A stretch of 63,445 nucleotides of DNA, the filler included, from Octopus bimaculoides (Eukaryota), in assembly GCF_001194135.2 (NCBI RefSeq). It is 6 parts of 6 records of this genome, joined end to end, with 100 filler letters (N's around TTAATTAATTAA, not from the genome) between each part and the next. Parts side by side here need not be neighbours in the genome. Positions count along the whole stretch, not along the records: positions 1 to 25,198 come from NC_068982.1; positions 25,299 to 28,406 come from NC_068987.1; 4 more parts are not named here. One strand, given 5' to 3'. Positions within the stretch are counted from its first letter, which is position 1. Each line of letters opens with the position of its first letter. Under the pieces are notes generated by a model. That model did no database searches, had not been told where the DNA came from, and saw only the letters and a list, made by a program, of their open reading frames with translations. Below, one piece after another: positions 13,345-26,077 of this stretch. The position numbers were made by a program, and so were the translations under genes.

Positions 13345-13470
13345 ACTGCACACATCCTACGCAAAAAACTTTCAATACAGTAATCATAAGAGCATCACAG
13401 CAAACCACAGCACATACTCAAGGCACACAGAGCTGCGCTCGGTAGTGAAGTGAAAGCACGTTATAAAAAT
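13345..13470 (+). mobile_element. Very short 3' end of another R4/Dong-like family
   Basis: TAHILRKKLSIQ* plus a ~90-nt 3' UTR, embedded between (TAA)n tracts. Confidence 0.6.
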
Positions 13471-13477
13471 AAAACTA

Positions 13478-13512
<35 letters not shown>

Positions 13513-13513
<1 letters not shown>

Positions 13514-13727
13514 CCTTTCTATTATAGGCACAAGGCCTGAAATTTGGGGGAGGAGGATAGTCGATTACATCGACCTCAGTACCCAACTGGTACTTAATTT
13601 ATCGACCCCGAAAGGATGAAAGGCAACGTCGACCTCGGCAGAATTTGAACTCAGAACATAGCGACAGGCGAAATACCGCTAGGCATTTCTCCCGGCGTGC
13701 TAACGATCGTGCCTGCACACCGCCTTA
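13513..13727 (-). mobile_element. Family A SINE, CpG-intact
   Basis: Full-length reverse match flanked by (AAT)n. Confidence 0.85.
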
Positions 13728-13763
13728 ATAATAATAATAATAATAATCATAATAATAATAATA

Positions 13764-13798
<35 letters not shown>

Positions 13799-13809
13799 TA
13801 AAGAAAAAA

Positions 13810-14350
13810 TTGACCACTGGGTAAGAAGCAGAAAGTTCGAAGCTGACATCAAAGTATTTTTGACTGCAGTACAAGCTTAGAAACGTCTCAACTGCAACCA
13901 CCCAAAACGTGCACTAGATGTAAAACAGATTAAGTAACTATAAATACAAGGCGATTGTGAAGAAACAATCCATTACGTTATTTCTGATTGCTCAGTCTTA
14001 GACAAGAAAGATTACATTCGCAGTCATGACAGAGATGGAGCTTTCGTACACGAAAAATGCTGCCAGTATTATGGAATATTGACTGAAAACAAATGATATA
14101 AGCATACAAACTGAACTGAGAGCAGATGATTACAGTGATTATACTGAACGATATAGCAATTTATATATACAGGGGTTTTAAGGTAAATTGATAAGATAAT
14201 ATTGCTAAAGACCAGAAGGACAATAAATATCTCGTAATTGATTTATCAATTCCAGTATGAGTGCATTCGTTGAGGAAATGGAGAAAATATACCATCGAGA
14301 ACTGGAAGCAAAGATAATCACAATGAAGGCATAGGAAACATTGCCAAAAT
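13810..14350 (+). mobile_element. Degenerate R4/Dong-like CCHC + RLE fragment
   Basis: CEETIHYVISDCSVLDKKDYIRSHD...CQYYGI...*YKH matches the C-x2-C...ET-x-x-HI-x-S-x-C...Y-x-x-RHD pattern. Confidence 0.6.
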
Positions 14351-15765
14351 GGGAGCTTTTGAGTGATGTAGTTCTGAGGAGGAGGAAGGATTGTTTAAAA
14401 GGCTGAGAATAGAGTGTTACGGAGGAGAGATGTAGTAAGCATTGCGAGCAAAATGGAAAAGAGATGAAGAGAAAGGAGGTAGATACATTAGAGAAGTAGA
14501 GAAGGGAGAAAAAAGCTAGGAAGTTTAGAGAAGCAGAAATTATTGTGGTTGTAGTTGAAACTAGAGAGAGAGAGAGGGTGGGGGTACAGTGTTAATGGTC
14601 AGCAAATCTATTAGAAGTTTGTTTAACCAGCATATAGATCGTCTTTTATAAATGTTATCTCAAATATCTGAGTGACAGTCTCGCCATTCCAAGTATATGA
14701 ACATCACTTTAACAAAATATTGTTATATATAAACTAGTTCGATATTCTCTGTTATAATACTGTAAAACAAAGTTAGTAACTCAAAACTATCCGATATGTA
14801 ACAAGATTCCATAAAAGCTCTGACATTTTGTTAAGTAAATATAACAGTGTTTATAATTCTATTCGACCCACCCCCAAGTCAATTGAAACTTAGCCATAAA
14901 CGTCGTTTATACAAGAAACTGCATGTTCTCGGAGTAATTTTGGGAATTTACTGTAAAAATATATAACCATTTACTATTTTATATTACAGCAGAATATCTT
15001 GCTACTGGGGAAAACAGAAACATCGACAAACGCATAGTCATACATAAAAAACACAAGGGGCACAAGTTGAATTGATATTGCATATCTTACTGCATAATAT
15101 AGTAAAAAACATTTTTCTTATAAATTTTATATGAACAAAAGAGGAACTGTTATCAGATTTCAGAAATATTTTCTTTAAATAAGACAATGTCAGCTGGATT
15201 AAAATGCATCTCTAACACATTTGGTGCGAATGAAAAAAAGAAAATTTTACTCTTAGTTCAATTTGGGAAATATTATTGATGTGATCACAGAATTTTTCAC
15301 CTTGTGCTGTTGTAGAAATATCATGGTGTTAGTAGAAATATTAACTTTTGTATTAATGTATTGTTTTTATATATTTTATCGTGAGTGTGTACATACACAC
15401 GCACGCATATATATGTATGTATATATATATATATCATTTTAAATATTACGTGTTATGGCACATATTATTGTATTTGTTATAGTATATATTGCTGCATATA
15501 TTATCAGATATTGAAAAAAAAAAAAAAAAAGAAAAAGATGACTGGAGCTTGGAGAAATGTTTTGTGAAGAAATGGAAATTCAACGTAGAAAAATAGATAT
15601 TGTTTCCAAGTTCAAGGTGTTATAATATTGATAGAGAAAGATATAAATCAGTAACATTGTGCAATAAACCGCAGCCTAATACTTTATTTGCTATTGACAT
15701 GTGGAATTGAACCCAGTCGCGTCAATTGAATGTAGTCAATATTCATATCAATACTTGTACGAAAA

Positions 15766-15975
15766 TGACGAGCTGGCAGAGTCGTCAGCACTTCGGGTAA
15801 CGTGGTTAGCAACATTTCGTCTCTCTTTAGGTTCTGAGTTCAAATACTACCGAGGTTAAATTAGCCTTTTATCCTTTCCGCGTCGATAGAGTAAGTGCTA
15901 GTCGGGCACTGGGATCGACGTAATCAACATAACTCTTCCTCGGAATTGCTGGCCTTGCGCCAATATTTGAAATCA
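15766..15975 (+). mobile_element. Family A SINE
   Basis: Diverged full-length match. Confidence 0.75.
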
Positions 15976-16430
15976 ATATCAGAACGTGCGTCATGTCTTT
16001 GTACATATGTATATATTATGTATGTATGCATATTTTTATATATGCATATGTATATGTGTGTGTGTGTGTGTAGCGAACTGGTAGAATGAATATTTATCAC
16101 CGGAAATGTGAATAAACAATTCTTTTTGATAGATTTTTTGTTGCTCTGCTGGTACTAAAGCTTTTGAATTGACAGAGATTGGCATTTTCCATCTGGAATT
16201 CAAAATATCAATGACATTATTAGACCAAATAACTATGACAGTACGCCAGTGGTGAAGTGTCATTGGCATTTTAAATTCTGGTTGAATAGATAACGATCAG
16301 TACCAGCAGGAAACACGTGGTATCAGAAATGTAACACAAATTATATATATACAATTGTTAAAGAGGACAACAGATGTTAAGGTAAGACAAACATCTCAAG
16401 TCATATATGTTATTATTATTGGAAAAATTC

Positions 16431-16492
16431 AAAGTCTTACAGCTGTTTCTGGGATATCCCATAGTATGGGATATTCCGTCATCGGAAACATT
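16431..16492 (-). ncRNA. Type-I hammerhead ribozyme relic
   Basis: aatgttt-CCGATGA-cggaatatccca/tacta/tgggatatccca-GAAA-cagctg-TA-agacttt; one core substitution (U4C). Confidence 0.65.
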
Positions 16493-16742
16493 CTCTTACG
16501 GAACGTCGATACGTTCGCGTTTATTTCTGGATATTTACACTATTAAGACTTTAACCTACATGGATTTACACAAGAGTGTACCCAAGGACTTATGGACTAA
16601 CATCTACACGATCGGAAGTTGAACTGTGAACTTTTATGCCGCTCATTTGTTCTCTTTCTTCTTTTTCTTCATCTCCTTATTTCTTTTCTCCTGTCCTCTA
16701 TGTCATCGTTTCATTAATCTATACCCTTTTAATTTTCCCTGT

Positions 16743-16803
16743 TTGTCTCTGATAACGGAATATCCCATACTCTTGGATATCTCAGAAACAGCTGCAAAAC
16801 ATT
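16743..16803 (+). ncRNA. Type-I hammerhead ribozyme relic
   Basis: ttgtct-CTGATAA-cggaatatccca/tactc/ttggatatctca-GAAA-cagctg-CA-aaacatt; G8A and cleavage-site substitutions. Confidence 0.6.
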
Positions 16804-17021
16804 GAATTTTTCCGATAATAATAACAGATATGACTTGAGATGTTTCTCTTGCCTTAACGTTTGTTGTCCTCTTTGAAATTTATATATCCGGTATATCAGA
16901 AATCTACAAGAGTTCCATAACTTCCGTTTCGGCTATTACCTTGGAGCCCTGGTAATCTGTTATAGCACTTACCCAGCGTACCTAGTCGTTTAGATCACCT
17001 GTGAACTAAACACCCATATTT

Positions 17022-17066
<45 letters not shown>

Positions 17067-17113
17067 TTTACTCAGGGACTAGTAGACTTGACACCGTTCA
17101 GTAATCGGTGTGC

Positions 17114-17161
17114 ATTCAAAGCAATGATTTGTAGCATTACGAAACCGGTATGCTTTTGAAT
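17114..17161 (+). ncRNA. Compact hammerhead-like relic with palindromic stem III (ACCGGT)
   Basis: attcaaagca-ATGATTT-gta/gcat/tac-GAAA-ccgg-TA-tgcttttgaat. All stems are in register; 3 of 7 core positions deviate. Confidence 0.45.
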
Positions 17162-17723
17162 CTCTTTAACGATTCACAATAATGACTTTTATTACTTTTA
17201 TTCCTACCTCAGTTCATCTAATTTTATATATCTNNNNNNNNNNNNNNNNNNNNNNNNNNNNNNNNNNNNNNNNNNNNNNNNNNNNNNNNNNNNNNNNNNN
17301 NNNNNNNNNNNNNNNNNNNNNNNNNNNNNNNNNNNNNNNNNNNNNNNNNNNNNNNNNNNNNNNNNNNNNNNNNNNNNNNNNNNNNNNNNNNNNNNNNNNN
17401 NNNNNNNNNNNNNNNNNNNNNNNNNNNNNNNNNNNNNNNNNNNNNNNNNNNNNNNNNNNNNNNNNNNNNNNNNNNNNNNNNNNNNNNNNNNNNNNNNNNN
17501 NNNNNNNNNNNNNNNNNNNNNNNNNNNNNNNNNNNNNNNNNNNNNNNNNNNNNNNNNNNNNNNNNNNNNNNNNNNNNNNNNNNNNNNNNNNNNNNNNNNN
17601 NNNNNNNNNNNNNNNNNNNNNNNNNNNNNNNNNNNNNNNNNNNNNNNNNNNNNNNNNNNNNNNNNNNNNNNNNNNNNNNNNNNNNNNNNNNNNNNNNNNN
17701 NNNNNNNNNNNNNNNNNNNNNNN

Positions 17724-17763
<40 letters not shown>

Positions 17764-19196
17764 AAAATACAGGTATTTTAATTACCATAGAATACAAGAC
17801 ATTGCCTGGTTCCAATCAATAAGCTTTTCCTTTTCGTTTATGGCATGTCAACTCTGGTGAATACTTGATTCTTGGAATTATCTCCCTTACTTCATTGCCA
17901 TATGGTAAATATGACACATCCTCCAGAGGCGGAAATTATTCTAATCAATCACAAATTTATGTTGTATGATATCTTGATGCGTAGAAAACTGCTTCACGAT
18001 AACCAATTTTCAGATTTTTTACTTCCTTTTAAAAAATGCAGATATTGTGAATGAATATGACAAATTTTCAGATTTTTTTACGTCATTTTAAAAATGGGCT
18101 GATTTTATTGACTCAAACTAACTAGATCCAAGTACAGTGAATACCATCTTCCACAATTTGCTACTCATATGAAATTTATATATATATTTCTATCAAATAC
18201 ACTCTTTCTTGAGCATAAAAAATCCTCTTCTCGAGTGACAATAACTTATATGTTAGATTGTTGCACAAGTTCTAGCTGTTTTGATAAGGGAAATCGGAAA
18301 GGTTTGAAATGATTTCACCGAGCACTCATTCGGTAGCCAACACATTGATCTCATAAGTGTCACGCGGTGGAAGTAAACGCAACTACCAAACTTTCAATTC
18401 ATTATTTCGTTTTTTGTTTTTGCATTTCAATTTGTACATCTGTACTCCTGACTGCATACAAGTGCATATCTAAAACGACGTCCTTTATTTTTTTATCATT
18501 ATCTGCTGATATCAAAATAAGTAGTATGTTGAAAAATAAAAATATTTTCTAGGAGGGGGGGGGGTGCATTTGTGACTCCAAGAGTTAAAAGGGGGCCTTT
18601 GGCCAAAATGGGTTGAGAACCTTTGGTGTAGGGCGGAAAACAGAAAAAGATCGGCGAGAGAAATAAACGAGTGAGGGATTATTAGCCAGCTGGGAATACG
18701 GTTATTTGGGTAGAAGTTAAGGATGGAGAAGGGGTAGGTTTGTGCGTGCAAGTTTAGTTGTGCTTAGAGATGGACATATGAGGCGAGTGGTATATGATTT
18801 TTTTAATGGAGTTTGTGTATATGTGTAGCAGTGTGCAAGTGAAGAAGTATAACAGCATCGATTAGGAGTATATGAGACATTGGTGTATGGTTTGTAATTG
18901 ATATGTGTGTGTGAGGAGAGTGAGGAGGTGAGAAAGGCAAGAGGATTGTGGAGGGTGTGATAAAAGTGAGTGGAAGGTACAGGGGCCAGACGTTGTTACA
19001 TGCAAGTAAGTAATGAATAAGAGAAGCAAAAGAAAGAAGCTCGGGTTCAGGAAGAGAAAAAAATAAGAGAAAAAGCAGAAAAAAATCACAATAAAAAACC
19101 TAGGTGTGAATGAGAGTGAGAGAGTGAGTGAGTAAGTGAAAGAGAACTTACTTCGGTGAAAAGACTGAGTTGGTTACGTAAAACACACGCACACAA

Positions 19197-19227
<31 letters not shown>

Positions 19228-19229
<2 letters not shown>

Positions 19230-19457
19230 CGGCGAGCTGGCAGAAACGTTAGCACGCCGGGCGAAATGCTTAGCGGTATTTCGTCTGCCGCTACGTTCTG
19301 AGTTCAAATTCCGCCGAGGTCGACTTTGCCTTTCATCCTTTCGGGGTCGATTAAATAAGTACCAGTTACGCACTGGGGTCGGTATAATCGACTTAATCCG
19401 TTTGTCTGTCCTTGTTTGTCCCCTCTGTGTGTAGCCCCTTGTGGGTAGTAAAGAAAT
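19228..19457 (+). mobile_element. Young family A SINE variant with an L1/Tx1-like 3' tail, inserted in (CA)n
   Basis: All CpGs intact; the distinct tail TCCCCTCTGTGTGTAGCCCCTTGTGGGTAGTAAAGAAA resembles 34552-34590. Confidence 0.85.
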
Positions 19458-19858
19458 AACACACACACACATACATATATATGTGTGTGTGTATGTGTGT
19501 ATGTGTGTGAGTGTGTGTGTATGTGTGAGTGTGTGAGTCTGTGTGTGTGTGTACGTGTGTCACTTCTTGACTTAATGACTCTTCATGGCTACTTACTGAC
19601 TTGACCTCTCTCATTTGTTTATTGTCTCACGGCCTGTCGCAACATGGTTGTTTGACCAGCTAGAAATAGCAGCTCAACATTCATCGAATCAAGTCCTACT
19701 GTCTAAAAAAGAAAAGAAAAAATGAAACAAATAATTGAAGTTATATTGAATAATATAGTCCTAGTTATACTAAAACATAAAAATGTTCATGGCAGGAACA
19801 TCCTTGGTCATTTGTTTATAAGATCCCTACTGACTTGAGTCTAAGTAACAACAAAACC

Positions 19859-19904
<46 letters not shown>

Positions 19905-20457
19905 GCGACGACGACGTGAACAACGACAATAATATATGACTTTCAACAGATAGCTCATCCCTGATTCTAACCCACGCGCACACACACACCTCCTTGAAAT
20001 CTTTGTTTACCCTACAACATTTTTCATTGGTCTTTTTCACACTATTATCCTCATGCGGTAGAAAGCTTTGAGTACGGCCACTCTTCATCTGAAACTACTT
20101 ATTTAATTATTGTCGTTGATGATGTCATTGCTATAGTCCCCTCGCTTATACACCATTTCGTTGTTCCCACTGTTGTTTTTTTTCTTTCTTGCCGTTGTCG
20201 CTATAGTCCTGTCATCGTTCCAGTTAAACACGTCTCCATTGTTAAACCCAATTTAAAGGTAGGAAGTCCGACACCATCTGTTATATTACCTTTCACATAT
20301 TCAGTGAGAAATCAGGATAGCCTTCTGCCGTATATAATCACCGACACATTATTAAGCGTAACAGCTGTTACCATGCCATACAAACATTACGGCAGCCATC
20401 CTCCTATCTACCTACAGCTCTCTAATACAGTTCTCCGCAACCTTTTTCACTTGCGGT

Positions 20458-21780
20458 ACTCTTTACTCTTTTACTCTCTTACTTGTTTCAGTCTTTTGAC
20501 TGTGGCCATGCTGGAGCACCGCCTTTAGTCGAGCAAATCAACCCCAGGACTTATTCTATCGGTCTCTTTTGCCGAACCGCTAAGTTACGGGGACGTAAAC
20601 ACACCAGTATCGGTTGTCAAGCGATGTTGGGGAGACAAACACAGACACACAANNNNNNNNNNNNNNNNNNNNNNNNNNNNNNNNNNNNNNNNNNNNNNNN
20701 NNNNNNNNNNNNNNNNNNNNNNNNNNNNNNNNNNNNNNNNNNNNNNNNNNNNNNNNNNNNNNNNNNNNNNNNNNNNNNNNNNNNNNNNNNNNNNNNNNNN
20801 NNNNNNNNNNNNNNNNNNNNNNNNNNNNNNNNNNNNNNNNNNNNNNNNNNNNNNNNNNNNNNNNNNNNNNNNNNNNNNNNNNNNNNNNNNNNNNNNNNNN
20901 NNNNNNNNNNNNNNNNNNNNNNNNNNNNNNNNNNNNNNNNNNNNNNNNNNNNNNNNNNNNNNNNNNNNNNNNNNNNNNNNNNNNNNNNNNNNNNNNNNNN
21001 NNNNNNNNNNNNNNNNNNNNNNNNNNNNNNNNNNNNNNNNNNNNNNNNNNNNNNNNNNNNNNNNNNNNNNNNNNNNNNNNNNNNNNNNNNNNNNNNNNNN
21101 NNNNNNNNNNNNNNNNNNNNNNNNNNNNNNNNNNNNNNNNNNNNNNNNNNNNNNNNNNNNNNNNNNNNNNNNNNNNNNNNNNNNNNNNNNNNNNNNNNNN
21201 NNNNNNNNNNNNNNNNNNNNNNNNNNNNNNNNNNNNNNNNNNNNNNNNNNNNNNNNNNNNNNNNNNNNNNNNNNNNNNNNNNNNNNNNNNNNNNNNNNNN
21301 NNNNNNNNNNNNNNNNNNNNNNNNNNNNNNNNNNNNNNNNNNNNNNNNNNNNNNNNNNNNNNNNNNNNNNNNNNNNNNNNNNNNNNNNNNNNNNNNNNNN
21401 NNNNNNNNNNNNNNNNNNNNNNNNNNNNNNNNNNNNNNNNNNNNNNNNNNNNNNNNNNNNNNNNNNNNNNNNNNNNNNNNNNNNNNNNNNNNNNNNNNNN
21501 NNNNNNNNNNNNNNNNNNNNNNNNNNNNNNNNNNNNNNNNNNNNNNNNNNNNNNNNNNNNNNNNNNNNNNNNNNNNNNNNNNNNNNNNNNNNNNNNNNNN
21601 NNNNNNNTATATACGACGGGCTTGTTTTAGTTTCCGTCAACCAGATTCATTCACAAGGTTTTGGTCGGCCCTGGACTATAATAGAAGACACTCGTCCAAG
21701 TTACCTCGCAGTGGGATCGAACCCGGAACCCAGAAACAAGTGGTTGGGAAGCTAGCTTATTCCCATACAGCCTTGCCTAT
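20458..21780 (-). mobile_element. Family B (OR2-like) SINE split by an N gap in its internal microsatellite
   Basis: 3' half at 20458-20652 and 5' half at 21609-21780. Confidence 0.8.
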
Positions 21781-21975
21781 ATACATTATAAAGTGAATTT
21801 TGACTGGTGCTTAAAAGCTGAATTAGCTGTCAGGCGAAACTTGAAGTCTCGGAAAGAATACATTTTATAAGAAATTTGACTCTTTTTTGAGTACTGAGTC
21901 TCTCCATGAGAAAATGCTCAGTCGTTATTCTTAAACTCGCTTCAAAATAATAACTTTGGTTTTACCCCCTCACCA

Positions 21976-21992
21976 CGCATGCGCACGCGCGC
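21976..21992. promoter_or_regulatory. NRF1-like motif in a small CpG-rich patch
   Basis: CGCATGCGCACGCGCGC; further CpG-rich sequence at 22100-22145. No TSS evidence. Confidence 0.2.
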
Positions 21993-22559
21993 TCGGAGTT
22001 GTATTTTGATAAACCCAAATATTTCCTTATACCTAAAGGTTTCACGAAATAGACATTAGTCAAGCATTACACTCATCACTGAGTGTGAGATAATAATATA
22101 AATATTGTGCGACCTACTTAGACGAGGTAGGGCGGCTCAACGACTGAGACAGAGGGAGTGAAAAGGGTAAGAGGGAGAGAGGAAGAGGAGAAGGAAAGAG
22201 AAGAAGGGGAGGGAGAGTAAGCAGAATTCGAAGTCGATGGGTTGTATTAGTAGAAAGCAAAAGTGGTCGATATCACCAGATCACAGAATGATTGATTAAT
22301 TGGGTTGGAGAAGACTGTCTGTTGTAAAGGTAAATGGAGACATTGGTAATGTTTAACTAGACAATGAATTAGATATCCAACCCTCTAATATATATATATA
22401 TGTATGTATATATATATATATATATATAATATGTATATATATATACACAGAAACCACCCACAATGTGTACACGCGTTCGCGTATTTATTGATGCTATTAT
22501 GTATATGAATGTACATATACATATTCACTTACATAAATATATGTATGTATGCATGCAGG

Positions 22560-22590
<31 letters not shown>

Positions 22591-24647
22591 GTGTCCAGAG
22601 AGAGAGAGAGAGAGAGGGAGAAGAGAGAACGAGACACGTGTATTTATTGACGTATTTATGGTGAATAAACAGCTGTTACATATGGTTGACTAATGCTAGA
22701 CAGAAAACTGTTTATTCAAACATATAAAATAATAGCGTGAAGTAATGCAAATATATAGATATATATACCTAGGTGTTGATACTGGGGCGGGGGGGGGATA
22801 GATAGGAGACAGGTGTGGAGTGCCAGTAGAAAGGTGCGGGCTGGTTGGATGGATGTGCTGTAGATTGGTGGGGAGTGAGAGCAGATGATAGTATGATGTG
22901 GGTTTTCTGGGCCCTGTCACCACCCTACTGGTTTTGTCTTCTTCCTGTCTTCTATTTTGTTACTGGTTTTTCTAGATTTATGCTCATCACGTATGTTGGA
23001 TACCATCCACGACTATCATATTACCTACCCCCATTATCTGCCGAAACAGTGTTTCTCCCATCGCTATCATCACAACGAACTTCTATTGTAGTAGCTACCA
23101 TCAACCATCGTCACATGTCCACACAACTGTTATCAACTGTAGCTACCACTCCCTACCATCATATATCAATACTACTACCACCTGCATTTCCTATAGCTAC
23201 CAGTAAATGTCTGCATCACCATAATGTAGAGAATAATCTACTCAGATAAGTCATCCACATAAAAATAAAAGAAAATAAAAATTAGCTAAGCTAGTGTTAA
23301 CTGATATAATACAGAGGATATTAAAAAATTAATTAAAAGCAATAATATGATTGAAAGACAATATGCAGTGAGTGACTTAGAAACCAATGTATTTGTTCAA
23401 TTGTTTTAGTTTTTCGTCAGGAGGAGAGAAGGTAGCGACCATGACCATTTATAAGGCTTCCAAAACTAGAAGATGAGAAGGAAGAAGTTATCCTCAAACA
23501 GAAGACGTGGCTCGGATGCTTGTGTTAAAGTGGGGTCTACTAAAGGGCACCCTCACCCATGGTGTCAGATAGTGGTGTTCAAGCGGGTGACCAGTTAAGT
23601 CTACCACCCAAAAGACGTGGTAGGAATTGAATTCAAAATGCAAGGAGCTGAAACAAATACCGAAAAATATCCTGTCTGATCTTCTTACAGTCCCACCAGC
23701 CCACTTCTCGGATGAGTTCTTCTTTTATTGATGATTGGCAAAGTTGATCTCGGTGGCATTTGAACTCGGAGCACATAAAAAGAGAGCAAATATTGCGAAG
23801 CATTTATTCAACGCTCTTCTAATTATCCACCTTAATTACAAATATGGGGTTTGGTCAGAATTTCCGATCACTTCTATTCAGTTGTTCGATGAATTAAATT
23901 TCAGGTTCATCGAAGTAATGTGCTAGAGGCTGAGTATTCCACGGACATGTGTGGTCTTAACCTTTTGCCCATCCAAATGTCCATGCTTGTTTCGAGACTA
24001 ACTAAAGTTGGCCCTTGTTTCATACGTTCTGTGTGATATAAGGCTTTCCATTCATAAGTCCTAAGTTACTCTGGAGGCTGAAAAAAATTAGGAATGAATA
24101 TCATATATGATGCCTGGACGCTAGGGAAATGGTAAATAGCTTATTATGTCATGAGGATTCTGCTTAACCCTCTGCCTGTCTAAAGCACATTTTCATAATT
24201 TTATCCTAAACGTGTTTGCTTGTTTTCATACGTTTTTATTAGCTCAGGTTTCATATGTAGTGAGTAATATAAAGCTTTACTTTTTAAGTTCCAAGTTACT
24301 CTGGTCGTTGAAAAATTTGGGAACGTGAACCATATACGATGCATGGACACCAGGGAAATATGTTCTGTGTATCACATGTGATACACAGGATAAGCAAAAT
24401 TTTAATGTAATTCTTAGGTGGAGTCAGTGTGACGATAAAACAAAGCGGGTCATTTGAATCACGGATATAATCCATCCGACGGGATATCATGCAATATCCG
24501 CCTGCCCAGTTATGCTCACAAATAATGGAGTGATCGAGGTTACAGAAAATGACTCTTGCCAAGCTGCCATACAGTAAGATCGAATCGGAAATCTCGTAAT
24601 TGCGAAGCAAACTTTTTAACCATTCAGTCATATTGCATTTACACAGA

Positions 24648-24820
24648 CCAATAGATTAACCTAACAATCAATAACATATTAGTTCAATGACCGATACATT
24701 AACTCAATGACCACTATATTATTCCCAATAAAGAATATATTAACTCAGTGATCAGTAACCAATATATTAGCTCAATAACCAATATATTAACTCAATAACC
24801 AATATATTATATCAAAGATC
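24648..24820 (+). repeat. Degenerate ~20-bp minisatellite (ACCAATATATTAACTCAATA)
   Basis: About 7-8 decaying units; the last three are near-identical. Confidence 0.75.
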
Positions 24821-25544
24821 AGCAGAAATTCAATTATACTGGTAAATACGGGAGATAACTCCAGCGATTTTTGGTCTTATTTAATCTCCTCAGTGAAACA
24901 GTAACTTTACCATAGTAGCGAAAGTACTATTGACAATGTAATCAAGAAGATGAACACGCTAAAAATATAAAATATATATAGTTAGATTAGTTTCTGTAGT
25001 TAAATATGATACAGTGTAATTATACTGTAATAGAACATTATTGATTGTGTATGACATAAAACTCATAAAAACATCATACTGATATTGGCTTAATCTGATT
25101 GTGACTGATTCTATGTGTTATCGGTCGGGGTGGTGTGTGTATATATAACAGCCCGATAATATATGACAGTAGTAATTCCTTCTTACAATATATATATANN
25201 NNNNNNNNNNNNNNNNNNNNNNNNNNNNNNNNNNNNNNNNNNTTAATTAATTAANNNNNNNNNNNNNNNNNNNNNNNNNNNNNNNNNNNNNNNNNNNNAT
25301 ATATATACATACATATATATATATATTAAACATAAATTAAAAACAGAACACAAAAGATATCGTGGTACACGTGTTTCAAACTTTACACACAATCTGTTTT
25401 TAATTTCTGTTTGATATATTCTCTCACCTCTGCCACTATCTGACATATACAGGTGCTTACACTTATCAAGTATTCCCTAAGCCAGACTCCGCCAGGTATG
25501 TATCCAGCCCATTTACGTGTAACATTCCTTCAATGAACACTAAA

Positions 25545-26054
25545 CTCCGCTTGCGAAGACCTGTTGGGGCAAGCGAAAGCGAAATCATGATGGCACCTGT
25601 ACCAGTGGAGCACTAAGAGCACTGTCCGCGCGTGATAGTTGCCAGAGCACCAGCTGTCTGGCTTCCACACCGGTGGCACGTAAATAGCAACATTTGAGCA
25701 TGATCGTTACCAACGTCGCCTTCCTGGCACTTGAGCCAGTGGCACGTGAAAAGACATTCGAGCGAGATTGTTGCCAGTACCGCTGGACTGGCTCCTGTGC
25801 AGGTGGCATGTAAAATACACCATTTTGAGTGTGGCCGTTGCCAGTACTGCCTGACTGGCCTTCGTGCTGGTGGCACGTAAAAGCACCTACTACACTCTGA
25901 GTGGTTGGCGTTAGGAAGGGCATCCAGCTGTAGAAACTCTGCCAAATCAGATTGGAGCCTGGTGTAGCCACCTGGTCCACCAGTCCTCAGTCAAATCGTC
26001 CAACCCATGCTAGCATGGAAAGCGGACGTTAAACGATGATGATGATGATGATGA
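25545..26054 (+). mobile_element. 3' UTR-type fragment of an RTE-associated element with internal ~70-bp repeats and (GAT)n tail (family C)
   Basis: Repeated GCCAGTAC...GTGGCACGTAAAA units, GGTTGGCGTTAGGAAGGGCATCC motif, ending GTTAAACGATGATGAT; matches 48310, 55100 and 57560. Confidence 0.75.
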
Positions 26055-26077
26055 CATACATACACACACACACATAC

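Larger units (their letters stand above)
16353..16880. mobile_element. Foldback element with ~140-bp inverted arms, each carrying a degenerate type-I hammerhead ribozyme (likely Penelope pLTR-derived)
   Basis: Arms at 16353-16492 and 16743-16880 are inverted copies, and TA runs flank both ends. See findings for the fold. Confidence 0.75.

Noticed and set aside
24000-24640. Possible Tc1 transposase remnant and ~80-bp diverged direct repeat
   Set aside because: Only faint motif resemblance after arbitrary frameshifts; no DDE motif or TIR could be fixed.
24648-24820. CRISPR-like reading of the short repeats
   Set aside because: No unique spacers, eukaryotic context, no cas genes.
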